NCBI GenBank assembly: GCA_030149205.1
Contig: JASBSB010000001.1
Coordinates: forward strand, 600,001 to 632,000
Reading direction: 5' to 3'
DNA: 32,000 nt
Source: Candidatus Heimdallarchaeota archaeon
Lineage (GTDB): Archaea > Asgardarchaeota > Heimdallarchaeia > Heimdallarchaeales > Kariarchaeaceae
Below are positions 8,313-16,689 of the stretch, piece by piece; position 1 is the first letter of the stretch; each line of letters starts with the position of its first letter. The notes beneath the pieces were generated by a model, which had not been told where the DNA came from, did no database searches, and was given only the letters and a program-made list of their open reading frames with translations. The translations under genes and the position numbers were made by a program.

Positions 8313-9461
8313 TTGAATAATGAAGAAAAGATACGGCAGATCCACATTTACAAACAATATCTTGATTATCGTGAAAATGATCCTTTAAAGTTGGTTAAAG
8401 AGTTAGGCTGGATTCAGATTGATACGATCGCCGTGATTTCAAGGTCTCAAGATTTGGTACTTCACTCTAGAGCTCCAAATTATTCAGAAGAGGAGATCTG
8501 GAAATTTCTAAAGAAGGGGAAAATCTTTGAAGGATTTGCTCATGCTAAGTCGCTGATACATTCTGATTATTTTCCCTTCTATTACAGTGAAGCTTTAGAA
8601 AGAAGAAAAAGACAAAAATTTTTGAAGAAGAATAATGCTTGGCTTGAAAAAGTATTAGATCATCTAGAGGGATTCGAAAGTTTTTCAACTGTTGATATTC
8701 CACTCCCAGAAGGTGTTAAAAATAAAAGAGGGAGGTGGAACTCCACTCAGAAGGGCTTATTAAATTTATTAAACCATAATGGATACATATTGGCTACATC
8801 GAGGGATTCTTTTAATAAACCATTGTATAGTCTCTCTGAGAGGGTTCTTAAAATCTCAGATGATCTCCCAAGTGGTTTGGATACCTTTTGGTTTAAGATT
8901 AATTCTACTTTAAATGCCACAGGATATGCGTCCAAAAATAGGTTATTGGGTTATTATTATTTAAAAAGATTCAAAATTAATGGTAAAACTTATGACCCTA
9001 TGAAATTAATTGAAACACGAGTAAAAGAGGGAACGATCAAGATGGTCTTAGTAAATGGGGTTAAATATTATTACAAACCTGAGATTGAAGACCTCGATTT
9101 GGAGGGTTTTAAAGGTGTAAGATTTCTATCACCATTCGACAACCTTCTCTGGTCTCGGGAAGCTCTTCTTGAACAGTTTGGGTTCAAGTATGTGTTAGAA
9201 TGTTACCTTCCAGTAGCAAAAAGAAGTTATGGTTTTTTCAATTTGCCAATTTTGTATATGTCTGATTTTGTGGGAAGAGTTGATATGAAACTAGACAGAA
9301 AAACTGGGATAATGAAATTTAATTCCTGGCATTGGCATCCCAAACCTAAGGAGAAACTATTTTGGGAGGAGTTGAATATAACATTAAATAATTTTTTACA
9401 GTTTCATAACACCACGGAAATTAAAGGACCTATAGATAATCGAATTGAGATAAACCTATAA
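8313..9461 (+). CDS. YcaQ/AlkZ-family (HTH_42) winged-helix DNA glycosylase
   Basis: IQIDTIAVISRSQDLVLHSR (QxD catalytic motif), FLSPFDNLLWSRE, KRSYGFFNLPIL, FVGRVDMKLDRK; TTG start. Confidence 0.85.
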   Translation: MNNEEKIRQIHIYKQYLDYRENDPLKLVKELGWIQIDTIAVISRSQDLVLHSRAPNYSEEEIWKFLKKGKIFEGFAHAKSLIHSDYFPFYYSEALERRKRQKFLKKNNAWLEKVLDHLEGFESFSTVDIPLPEGVKNKRGRWNSTQKGLLNLLNHNGYILATSRDSFNKPLYSLSERVLKISDDLPSGLDTFWFKINSTLNATGYASKNRLLGYYYLKRFKINGKTYDPMKLIETRVKEGTIKMVLVNGVKYYYKPEIEDLDLEGFKGVRFLSPFDNLLWSREALLEQFGFKYVLECYLPVAKRSYGFFNLPILYMSDFVGRVDMKLDRKTGIMKFNSWHWHPKPKEKLFWEELNITLNNFLQFHNTTEIKGPIDNRIEINL

Positions 9462-9505
9462 ATCAACCGATTAACCAAAGCTTTATTCATAAAATATTAC
9501 TTGAT

Positions 9506-10507
9506 TTAAATTTCACCCTTAAGATACTTGCTGTAATTCACCCGTGAATAGATCGGGTGATGTTTGGGCTCATTATCCATGATTTCCTCAATCTGTGATA
9601 CAACATCATGACTTAGTACTATATCTCCAGCAATCACATTTTCTTCAACCTGTTCAGGCTTACTTGCTCCTGTGATCAATGAACTGATCTGAGGTCGAGT
9701 AAGTGCCCATGCAAGTGATAATTGTGTTAGGGTAATATCATTTTCCTTTGCGATTGGTTCCAACAGCTTTAGCTTTGAAATAATCTCATCATTTAACTCT
9801 CTGTCAGCTAACTGCATATATTTTGCATGTCTTGAATCTTCAGGAATCCCATCATTGTATTTCCCTGAAAGGATACCCTGAGCGAGTGGAGACCATACAG
9901 TTATCCCCAATCCAAGTCCATCAACAGAGTAAAACAGTTCATTCTCAATGTGTCGATCAAGCAAATTATACCTTGGCTGTTCAACAGAAGGCGGTCGTAA
10001 CCCTAATTCTTTAGCCACACCATATGCTCGCTCTATTTCAGATGCGAACCACGTACTTGTACCCCAATAATTTATCAAACCCTCCTCAATTAAATCATTC
10101 ATCACTCTAACTGTTTCTTCAAGGGGGGTGTGATAATCGTATCTGTGACAGAAGTAAATATCCAAGTAATCAGTTTTCAGTCTTTCGAGAGACTTTACAA
10201 TAGATTCTCTAATGTGCTTTTGTGAGAGACCTTGATTGTTTGGGTTGTCACTCATCTGTCCGAAAACCTTAGAGCTAATAACTAAGTCAGATCTCTCATA
10301 ATCTTTAATAAAGGTTCCAACAACCTTTTCTGATTCGCCCTTATTATAAACATCAGCAACATCAATAAAATTCACACCTGATTCTACAGCAACTTTGAGG
10401 GATTTAAGTGATGCAGAATCTTCAATGTTCATCCCAAAGGTAAGCCAACCACCAATACTGATTGTAGATACCTTTGTCCCATATTTTCCGAGTTTACGAT
10501 ACTTCAT
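9506..10507 (-). CDS. Aldo/keto reductase
   Basis: YRKLG..G.KVS, DVADVY, SSKVF, YFCHRYD, EQPRYN, WSPLAQG, GASKPEQ. Confidence 0.93.
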   Translation of the reverse strand: MKYRKLGKYGTKVSTISIGGWLTFGMNIEDSASLKSLKVAVESGVNFIDVADVYNKGESEKVVGTFIKDYERSDLVISSKVFGQMSDNPNNQGLSQKHIRESIVKSLERLKTDYLDIYFCHRYDYHTPLEETVRVMNDLIEEGLINYWGTSTWFASEIERAYGVAKELGLRPPSVEQPRYNLLDRHIENELFYSVDGLGLGITVWSPLAQGILSGKYNDGIPEDSRHAKYMQLADRELNDEIISKLKLLEPIAKENDITLTQLSLAWALTRPQISSLITGASKPEQVEENVIAGDIVLSHDVVSQIEEIMDNEPKHHPIYSRVNYSKYLKGEI

Positions 10508-10567
10508 AGAATTTAGATTTGGTCTAATTATATATATTTGTAGCTTGTACTAAAAGGCAAAATTAAC

Positions 10568-11269
10568 TTATTGCTCAAGATCTTCCTCAGTAAAATGTTC
10601 TGTGAAAATAACCTCTTCAAACAGATTGATCAGATTTCTAAGGTCTCTTGCAATATTTTTCTTGGCAAATTGAATGTATTCAAAAAATAGTACTCGTTTG
10701 GGAAGTTCTATTATGATTTTTTCTCCCTTCAATTCAATATTAGAGTCAGCAAGATTTTGACCAGGTAATCTCCTGTTTATCAATGATTGGATCTTATGAA
10801 GCTCATCATTGATTACTTCCTTAATCTCAACCTCGTATATTAGGTCTTCACCAGCTAGTTTATGATTGAAATCTACTCTGACTCTTCCAGGACTAACAGA
10901 AATGATCTTCCCCTCTTGCTCACCTAGGGTAACCCATTCACCCTGCTGTGGGTTGAGTTGAATTTTTTGAAACTCTCGACGAGGGACCAGTCTTATTTTT
11001 GAGGGGTCTCTTTGACCAAACCCATGTTGGAAAGGTACTTCAATTACGACCTTATCGTTTTGCTTTGCTCCAATCAGTTTTTCCTCAACTTGTTTTGGCA
11101 CCCATTTTTTTCCAATCACAATCAATTCAGGTTCGTAGGAGATGAATTCAGAATACAGACCATTTTCTTTAGCAATTGTCTCTCTGGTTGTTTTAAAAAC
11201 GGATCTGTCTGTCTTTTTCATTGCAACATAATCTATTTTTACGAATGAACCTTCATTGATATCCAACAT
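10568..11269 (-). CDS. Archaeal long-type FKBP peptidyl-prolyl isomerase/chaperone (SlyD-like)
   Basis: VKIDY, GFGQRDP, RVRVDFNHKLAGEDLIYEVEI, plus the archaeal C-terminal domain. Confidence 0.88.
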   Translation of the reverse strand: MLDINEGSFVKIDYVAMKKTDRSVFKTTRETIAKENGLYSEFISYEPELIVIGKKWVPKQVEEKLIGAKQNDKVVIEVPFQHGFGQRDPSKIRLVPRREFQKIQLNPQQGEWVTLGEQEGKIISVSPGRVRVDFNHKLAGEDLIYEVEIKEVINDELHKIQSLINRRLPGQNLADSNIELKGEKIIIELPKRVLFFEYIQFAKKNIARDLRNLINLFEEVIFTEHFTEEDLEQ

Positions 11270-11413
11270 TCTTAATAAATGTATAATTTCATGGAATTAA
11301 AGCCTTTAGTTAATGTTTAAGTAAATACACACTACAAAGAAATTGTTCATATTTTATAGTAACTATTCAGTCCTTTGGAAAAACGTTAATATGATGTATA
11401 CAAATTATGAATT

Positions 11414-12076
11414 ATGACAGTCCATTTCGATTGTAATTTCTCTGAGCTAAAAAAAATGCAAGTTGGTGACTCCAAGGGTCATGGAATTGGTAATCCTATT
11501 GATTTTGCATTCACTAAAGACTATAAAATCTCTAAATTTATTATTGGGGGTTCAATGTTTGAAGAATTAGCTGAAAAAATTGGGCTCAAAAAAGATGATG
11601 ACCCTGTAGTTTCTTTAGATTTAATTAAAGATATAAAAGGAAATAAAATAATTTTAAAGGATGAAAGCAAAGACTTGCCTCACAAATTGCAAACCAGTAG
11701 TTTTTCTGATAAGGAGAGCCTTTTCTCTAAGTATCGAAACTTACCCGTTTTTACAAAAAATGGTGAAAAGGTTGGAAGAGTGATGGATGCTGTCCTCCAT
11801 GTAGACAATGGAATTTCATTCATAATTGGTGATTCAGCATTTGTTGAGTTTGCAGAAAAAATTGGGTTAACCCCAGACGTAGATTTTATGTTTACTCCAA
11901 AAGAAATTTCAAAAATGGATTCTAAAGGGATTCATCTTAACGAAACAAAGGAAGGATTACAGGAACTCCTTAATGGAATTGATATAAACAAAGCATTAAT
12001 GTCCAAGCAAGCCAGTAAGGTTGCCAGTGACCAATTAATGAATATGAGATATTATTATTTCCCTAAGTACGCGTAA
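11414..12076 (+). CDS. Tandem PRC-barrel domain protein
   Basis: Two internal repeats: V.DSKG..IG...D...FIIGGS.FEE.AEKIGL and VFTKNGEKVGRVMD...FIIGDS.F.E.AEKIGL. Confidence 0.75.
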   Translation: MTVHFDCNFSELKKMQVGDSKGHGIGNPIDFAFTKDYKISKFIIGGSMFEELAEKIGLKKDDDPVVSLDLIKDIKGNKIILKDESKDLPHKLQTSSFSDKESLFSKYRNLPVFTKNGEKVGRVMDAVLHVDNGISFIIGDSAFVEFAEKIGLTPDVDFMFTPKEISKMDSKGIHLNETKEGLQELLNGIDINKALMSKQASKVASDQLMNMRYYYFPKYA

Positions 12077-12155
12077 TATAAAAATAAAGATTGCACCAAA
12101 CAATTTAACTGAGGTAATTCAAAAGACTTGAAAACTAGGTAGATAATCACAAGCT

Positions 12156-13004
12156 ATGATAAAAAACATTACAGTTATCGGTTCAGGTCAAATGGGAGCA
12201 GGAATCGCACTAGTTTGTGCTCAGGCGGGTTATAAGGTGGTGATGAATGATATTGATATGAAATTTATTGAAGGTGGTTTAAAACGAAATTCTGCTTGGG
12301 TTTCAAGACAAGTTCAAAAAAATAGGTTTCCACAACAGGAGGCAGATAGGATTCTTGGCAATCTTACCGGTGAATTAGATTTAGAAAAGGCTGTAAGCAA
12401 TGCAGATCTCGTGTTAGAAGCCATTATAGAAAACATAGAAATCAAATGTAAAACCTGGAAAAGAATAGGTGAATTCGCACCTACCAAAGCTATTTTTGGT
12501 TCAAACACCTCATCACTTTCAATTACTGAAATGGCAACTGCGTCTGGTAGACCAGAAAAATTTTTAGGGACTCATTTCTTTAACCCTCCAGTAATTCTTC
12601 GATTAATTGAATATGTAATGGGATACTCAACCAGCCAGGAAACAATGGAAATCATGAGAGATTGGGGTAAGTCTCTAAAGATGGAAGCGGTTGTTGCTGC
12701 TGAGGCACCAGGGTTTATTGTAAATAGAATATTAATGCCAATGTTGAATGAGGCATTTTTCACACTTCAGGAGAATATCGCAAGTGTTGAAGATATAGAT
12801 AAGGCAATAAAATTAGGCTTGAATCATCCTATGGGACCCTTAACCCTAAGTGATTTCATAGGGCTAGACACTATCCTATACATATCTGAATACCTCCATG
12901 AAGAGCTTGGTGAAGACAAATACAGACCATGTCCACTTTTACGAAAAATGGTCAGAGCTGGAAAACTTGGCAGAAAAAGCGGTGAGGGTTTCTACAAATA
13001 CTAA
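12156..13004 (+). CDS. hbd: 3-hydroxybutyryl-CoA (3-hydroxyacyl-CoA) dehydrogenase
   Basis: VIGSGQMGAGIA, SNTSSLSIT, GTHFFNPP, PGFIVNR, HPMGPL, GKLGRKSGEGFY. Confidence 0.93.
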   Translation: MIKNITVIGSGQMGAGIALVCAQAGYKVVMNDIDMKFIEGGLKRNSAWVSRQVQKNRFPQQEADRILGNLTGELDLEKAVSNADLVLEAIIENIEIKCKTWKRIGEFAPTKAIFGSNTSSLSITEMATASGRPEKFLGTHFFNPPVILRLIEYVMGYSTSQETMEIMRDWGKSLKMEAVVAAEAPGFIVNRILMPMLNEAFFTLQENIASVEDIDKAIKLGLNHPMGPLTLSDFIGLDTILYISEYLHEELGEDKYRPCPLLRKMVRAGKLGRKSGEGFYKY

Positions 13005-13128
13005 AGCCCAAATCTATAACCTATGCAATATTATAAAGTTAATTGTTGTCCTATTAAAGTAATTTAAAGAACCATTAGGGGTATTTTAATTCTCTACGGG
13101 ATGATCAAAGAGGTTCTAAAATTTTAGA

Positions 13129-13683
13129 TCAATAGCTCATAGTCTCAAGAAAAGGGATAGTTGCAGACAGAAGAAGTTCAACAATTTCGTCTACTTTTAC
13201 TTCTATCCCCTCAGTTTGGAGATTGGTCGCAATGTCTTTGATAGTAGGGTTAAGAGGGTTAACCACATTTAATCCAATACCAAGTATGATTCTTCTTATC
13301 TTATCTGACTGAATCTGTGTTTCCATCAAAATCCCTGCGATCTTCTTTCCGGATATGAGGATATCATTTGGTGGTTTAACATAGAATTCTTTCTCGAATT
13401 TGTTTGAAAGTATCTCAGCTATTTTTTTGACATAAGGGGAAACCAAATCTGTGGCGGTTCTTTCACAGATAATTCCACAGCTGAGCCATGCACCTCCCTC
13501 ATCAGAAAACCAAAAGTTTCCCTTGGTCCCTCTTCCACTAATTTGCTTTTTTGCAACCACGCAAACCTTTTGGGAATCACCTAACATTTCATCAACAACG
13601 TCATTTGTAGAAGATACCTCTTCTAATAGTCGAAATTCCCAATCTGCAAATAATTTTTGGAGTTTTTCAAAGGATGCTGTCAA
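13129..13683 (-). CDS. Biotin-protein ligase, catalytic domain only (no HTH, no C-terminal domain)
   Basis: VSSTND, QISGRG.KG..W, KPPNDILISGKKIAGIL, LGIGLNV; 184 aa, TTG start. Confidence 0.85.
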   Translation of the reverse strand: MTASFEKLQKLFADWEFRLLEEVSSTNDVVDEMLGDSQKVCVVAKKQISGRGTKGNFWFSDEGGAWLSCGIICERTATDLVSPYVKKIAEILSNKFEKEFYVKPPNDILISGKKIAGILMETQIQSDKIRRIILGIGLNVVNPLNPTIKDIATNLQTEGIEVKVDEIVELLLSATIPFLETMSY

Positions 13684-13711
13684 TGATTTTGAATTAAATT
13701 TTTCTTTAAGT

Positions 13712-13738
13712 CAGTTTAGCTTGTGAAAAGCTGAACTG
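13712..13738. promoter_or_regulatory. 11-bp inverted repeat CAGTTTAGCTT-GTGAA-AAGCTGAACTG between divergent biotin ligase and mce
   Basis: 10/11 Watson-Crick pairs plus one G-T; lies next to the putative biotin ligase TATA box. Confidence 0.4.
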
Positions 13739-13795
13739 TGCAATTGTTTGTTCATAAGTACATAGAGATTTTAAGACTGGTTCAGTTAGAAAGGT

Positions 13796-14191
13796 ATGAC
13801 AAAATTATCACAGGTAGCGATCGCGGTAAAGAACATAGATTCTGCCAAAACTGTATTTGAGACTTTAACCAAAGTTTCATCTGGAGAAAAACACTTTGTA
13901 GAAAATCAGAAGGTCAATATTGCAATGATTGAACTAGGTGAGACGGTTATAGAAATCCTGGAACCAAACGGAGATGACACTCCAATCTCAAATTTCTTAG
14001 AACGAAGGGGTGGAGGAATCCATCACATTGGAATCAAAACAAAACAATTTGAAAAGACAATTGAAGATATGAGAAAAATTGGAGTAAGAACGCTAGGTGA
14101 ACCATCTATAGGCGCAGAGGGACATCGTGTTATCTTCTTCCATCCTAAAGATACATTTGGAGTTTTAATAGAATTAGAGGAAGAACAGTAA
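13796..14191 (+). CDS. mce: Methylmalonyl-CoA epimerase (VOC fold)
   Basis: QVAIAV, QKVNIAM, IEILEP, FLERRGGGIHHI, FFHPKDTFGVLIELEE. Confidence 0.9.
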   Translation: MTKLSQVAIAVKNIDSAKTVFETLTKVSSGEKHFVENQKVNIAMIELGETVIEILEPNGDDTPISNFLERRGGGIHHIGIKTKQFEKTIEDMRKIGVRTLGEPSIGAEGHRVIFFHPKDTFGVLIELEEEQ

Positions 14192-14203
14192 ACACGCAAA
14201 ATC

Positions 14204-14211
14204 TTATAAAA
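14204..14211 (+). promoter_or_regulatory. TATA box (TTATAAAA) with upstream A-rich BRE-like element, likely promoter of the C/D sRNA
   Basis: Begins 27 nt before the sRNA terminal stem; preceded by CGCAAAATC. Confidence 0.55.
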
Positions 14212-14230
14212 ACTCTAAGATGAGACATAA

Positions 14231-14296
14231 TGTGAGATGATGAAAAGAGAGTCAATGATCCTTTGAAATGAAGAAAAACGACTAGGCCTGATCACA
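14231..14296 (+). ncRNA. Box C/D methylation guide sRNA
   Basis: C ATGATGA 14237-43; D' ATGA 14255-58; C' ATGAAGA 14268-74; D CTGA 14288-91; terminal stem TGTGA/TCACA; guides of 11 and 13 nt; D' guide AAGAGAGTCA complementary to LSU rRNA UGACUCUCUU. Confidence 0.85.
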
Positions 14297-14885
14297 ACAA
14301 CTCAATCAACTGTTTTCCCCTATTTTTCGATTTTGCTTGGTTTACCAAGACATCCTCTATATCTTCAAGTGGTGGGGATTTTAGGGACAAGACATCATTT
14401 TGTATGTTTAAACTTGCAGATGTGACCATAAATTCAAACCTTTGACCAAATCCCTTACCTCTCATCTTTTCATTTAAGGCTTCATTCTCAAAGATGAAGC
14501 GAGGAGAGGAGAGGTCTTCGAACTCCAGATCTGTAATTTTTCCCACTATGTTTGAATGAATGTCTTCAATTTCCATCACTTTTAGCTTAGTATAGATGAT
14601 TGAGTTAGCTGGTAAAATAACAGAGACTTTACCTCTCGTTAGCTCGGATTCATTAAAATTCAAAACAATAAGATCTTTTGTGATCCTCTTGATAGCAGAA
14701 ATAGGGATATAGATATCAATATCCTCTCTTCTCTCTATTTCCTCCAAGAGCTCTTCGATAAATCCACCACCCACAATAAGATGAGTAATTTCAAGTGACT
14801 CATTGAAAATGAGGTCTATGGGTTCTCCTATGTCAACATCTTCATTATCTACTATTAGTTTTCTTTTAAATTTCGAAAATCTCAT
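14292..14885 (-). CDS. Tandem PRC-barrel domain protein (paralogue of 11414..12076)
   Basis: IVDNEDVDIGEPIDLIF...LIVGGGFIEE...IPISAIKRI; second repeat IEDIHSNIVGKITDL. Confidence 0.7.
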   Translation of the reverse strand: MRFSKFKRKLIVDNEDVDIGEPIDLIFNESLEITHLIVGGGFIEELLEEIERREDIDIYIPISAIKRITKDLIVLNFNESELTRGKVSVILPANSIIYTKLKVMEIEDIHSNIVGKITDLEFEDLSSPRFIFENEALNEKMRGKGFGQRFEFMVTSASLNIQNDVLSLKSPPLEDIEDVLVNQAKSKNRGKQLIELL

Positions 14886-14944
14886 TAACGAACTCCAGAG
14901 ATAATACTTTACAGGAAACTTCCTTTAAATATCCTTTTGAATGT

Positions 14945-15727
14945 TCATGGATTTGCTTCATCATTGGAACTTGATTTTATTATATTAGGAGTACCAAATT
15001 CGTCAATTAAATCAAGATCTTCATCTTTCAGATAGTAAAGGTCTCTTGAGACTATCCCGTCAGAGAATTTTAGGATCCTCATTCCTTTCCTTAGTTTACT
15101 TATATCATGAGTGACCATAAGAATCGTTGTCTTTAATTCAGAGTTCTGATTCAAGCTCTGTAACAGCTCAATTATATTATCACCCGTTGCTGAATCTAAG
15201 TCCCCTGTGGGTTCATCAGCCAGAATGATTGAAGGATTTGTGACTAGAGCCCTTGCAATCCCAACTCTTTGTTTCTCACCTCCCGAAAGCTCATGTGGGT
15301 AATTGGCTTTTCTATCAGTCAAGCCAACAAGATTCAGAACCATTTGAGCTCTTTCCCTCCTTTCCCGTTTTGGTATTGAAGCAATTAAAAGAGGTAATTC
15401 AACATTCTCCTGAGCAGTCATTGAATCTAACAAGTAAAAGTGTTGAAACACGATACTAATTTCGTTTCTGCGTAAGATCGCCAACTGATCCTCAGAGAGC
15501 TGTGAGAGATCCTGATCCTTCAGTCTCACCCAACCAGAACTGGGTTGAGTCAAACCACCAATAAGGGAAACAAAGGTGGATTTCCCACTACCAGATTTTC
15601 CTAGAATAGCAATGAATTCTCCTTTGTTGATGGTCAAGGTGATTCCATTGATTGCAATTACCCTACTTGTTCCCACAGTGTATTCTTTGGTGATCCTGTC
15701 TGTTTGAATGAGGACTTCGTCCATCAT
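14945..15727 (-). CDS. ABC transporter ATP-binding protein (LolD/MacB-type)
   Basis: GKSGSGKST, LSGGEKQRVGIARAL, ILADEPTGDLD, MVTHD. Confidence 0.93.
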   Translation of the reverse strand: MMDEVLIQTDRITKEYTVGTSRVIAINGITLTINKGEFIAILGKSGSGKSTFVSLIGGLTQPSSGWVRLKDQDLSQLSEDQLAILRRNEISIVFQHFYLLDSMTAQENVELPLLIASIPKRERRERAQMVLNLVGLTDRKANYPHELSGGEKQRVGIARALVTNPSIILADEPTGDLDSATGDNIIELLQSLNQNSELKTTILMVTHDISKLRKGMRILKFSDGIVSRDLYYLKDEDLDLIDEFGTPNIIKSSSNDEANP

Positions 15728-16689
15728 TTGCTTTCTACCTCCTTATCAGCGGGGATTATGGTGAGTTCCTCTTTTTCGTTGATTAAAAACCTTACATAGC
15801 TCCCAATTCCTACCTTGTCTCGTATCTCTTTAGGAATCTTAACATTCCCATATTGATCAACATAAGCAAGCTCTTCTCTTATTGCTTCTCTCCAGTTCTT
15901 TGCTGCAGCCCCACTTACAGATCGTCTTACACCACTAATTTGGCCATCAAGAATGTTGTAGGTTCTTTTTGTCATTCGCTCAAACCTATTGTCATGTGTA
16001 ACAATAATTAGAGTTGTTCCAAATTCTTCATTTATAGATTGTAGATAACTAATAACTTCCATTGTAGTTTCAGAATCCAATTCACCGGTAGGCTCATCAG
16101 CAAGTAATATTTTAGGTTCTGCTGCTAAAGCCACAGCGAGACCTGCACGTTGGGCTTCTCCACCTGACAACTGATTTGGCTTGTGATGCTTCCTCTCAGA
16201 TAAACCGACCTGTTTAAGGAGTTGGTCTATCCTCTGCTTAAATGATAGTTTTTCATAATTTGCAATTCGTAAAACAAATTCAATGTTCTCTCTTACTGAG
16301 AGAGAGGGCAAAAGATTTCTTTCCGAGGACTGCCATAAAATACCGACAATCTTTTGCCGATAGGCCATTTTTGTTTCTGATTTAATACTGTGTACAGGGA
16401 TATTACCTGCCCAGATCTCTCCAGCTGTTGGAGAGTCCAATCCACCTAAAAGGTTTAACAGGGTTGATTTTCCTGCACCTGACGGTCCAATAATTGAAAC
16501 AAAATCACCAGGGGTCACATCCATTTCTATGTTTCTGAGAGCAACAATTCCTTTGTCACTTGCAGGGTCAGGATAGACTTTCATCAATCCTCGAACTGCT
16601 AATCCAGTTGAATCTGTTGCTGTGTTAATTCTTTGCAAAATGTCTGTTTGTATTTGTCTGTAACTTAATTGATTAACCATTTTCTTCAC
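15724..16689 (-). CDS. ABC transporter ATP-binding protein (LolD-type) with C-terminal AbrB/SpoVT-like domain
   Basis: GPSGAGKST, LSGGEAQR, LLADEPTGELD, VTHD; tail YVDQYGNVKIPKEIRDKVGIG...LTIIP. Confidence 0.88.
   Translation of the reverse strand: MKKMVNQLSYRQIQTDILQRINTATDSTGLAVRGLMKVYPDPASDKGIVALRNIEMDVTPGDFVSIIGPSGAGKSTLLNLLGGLDSPTAGEIWAGNIPVHSIKSETKMAYRQKIVGILWQSSERNLLPSLSVRENIEFVLRIANYEKLSFKQRIDQLLKQVGLSERKHHKPNQLSGGEAQRAGLAVALAAEPKILLADEPTGELDSETTMEVISYLQSINEEFGTTLIIVTHDNRFERMTKRTYNILDGQISGVRRSVSGAAAKNWREAIREELAYVDQYGNVKIPKEIRDKVGIGSYVRFLINEKEELTIIPADKEVESK

Noticed and set aside
9506-10507. Aldo/keto reductase as a Kv channel beta subunit
   Set aside because: N-terminal similarity is shared by common prokaryotic AKRs; it keeps the catalytic His (CHR) rather than the Kv-beta Asn; no channel gene nearby.
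13115-13128. 14-bp palindrome TCTAAAATTTTAGA between convergent genes
   Set aside because: Almost all A/T, likely by chance; at most a terminator-like T tract.
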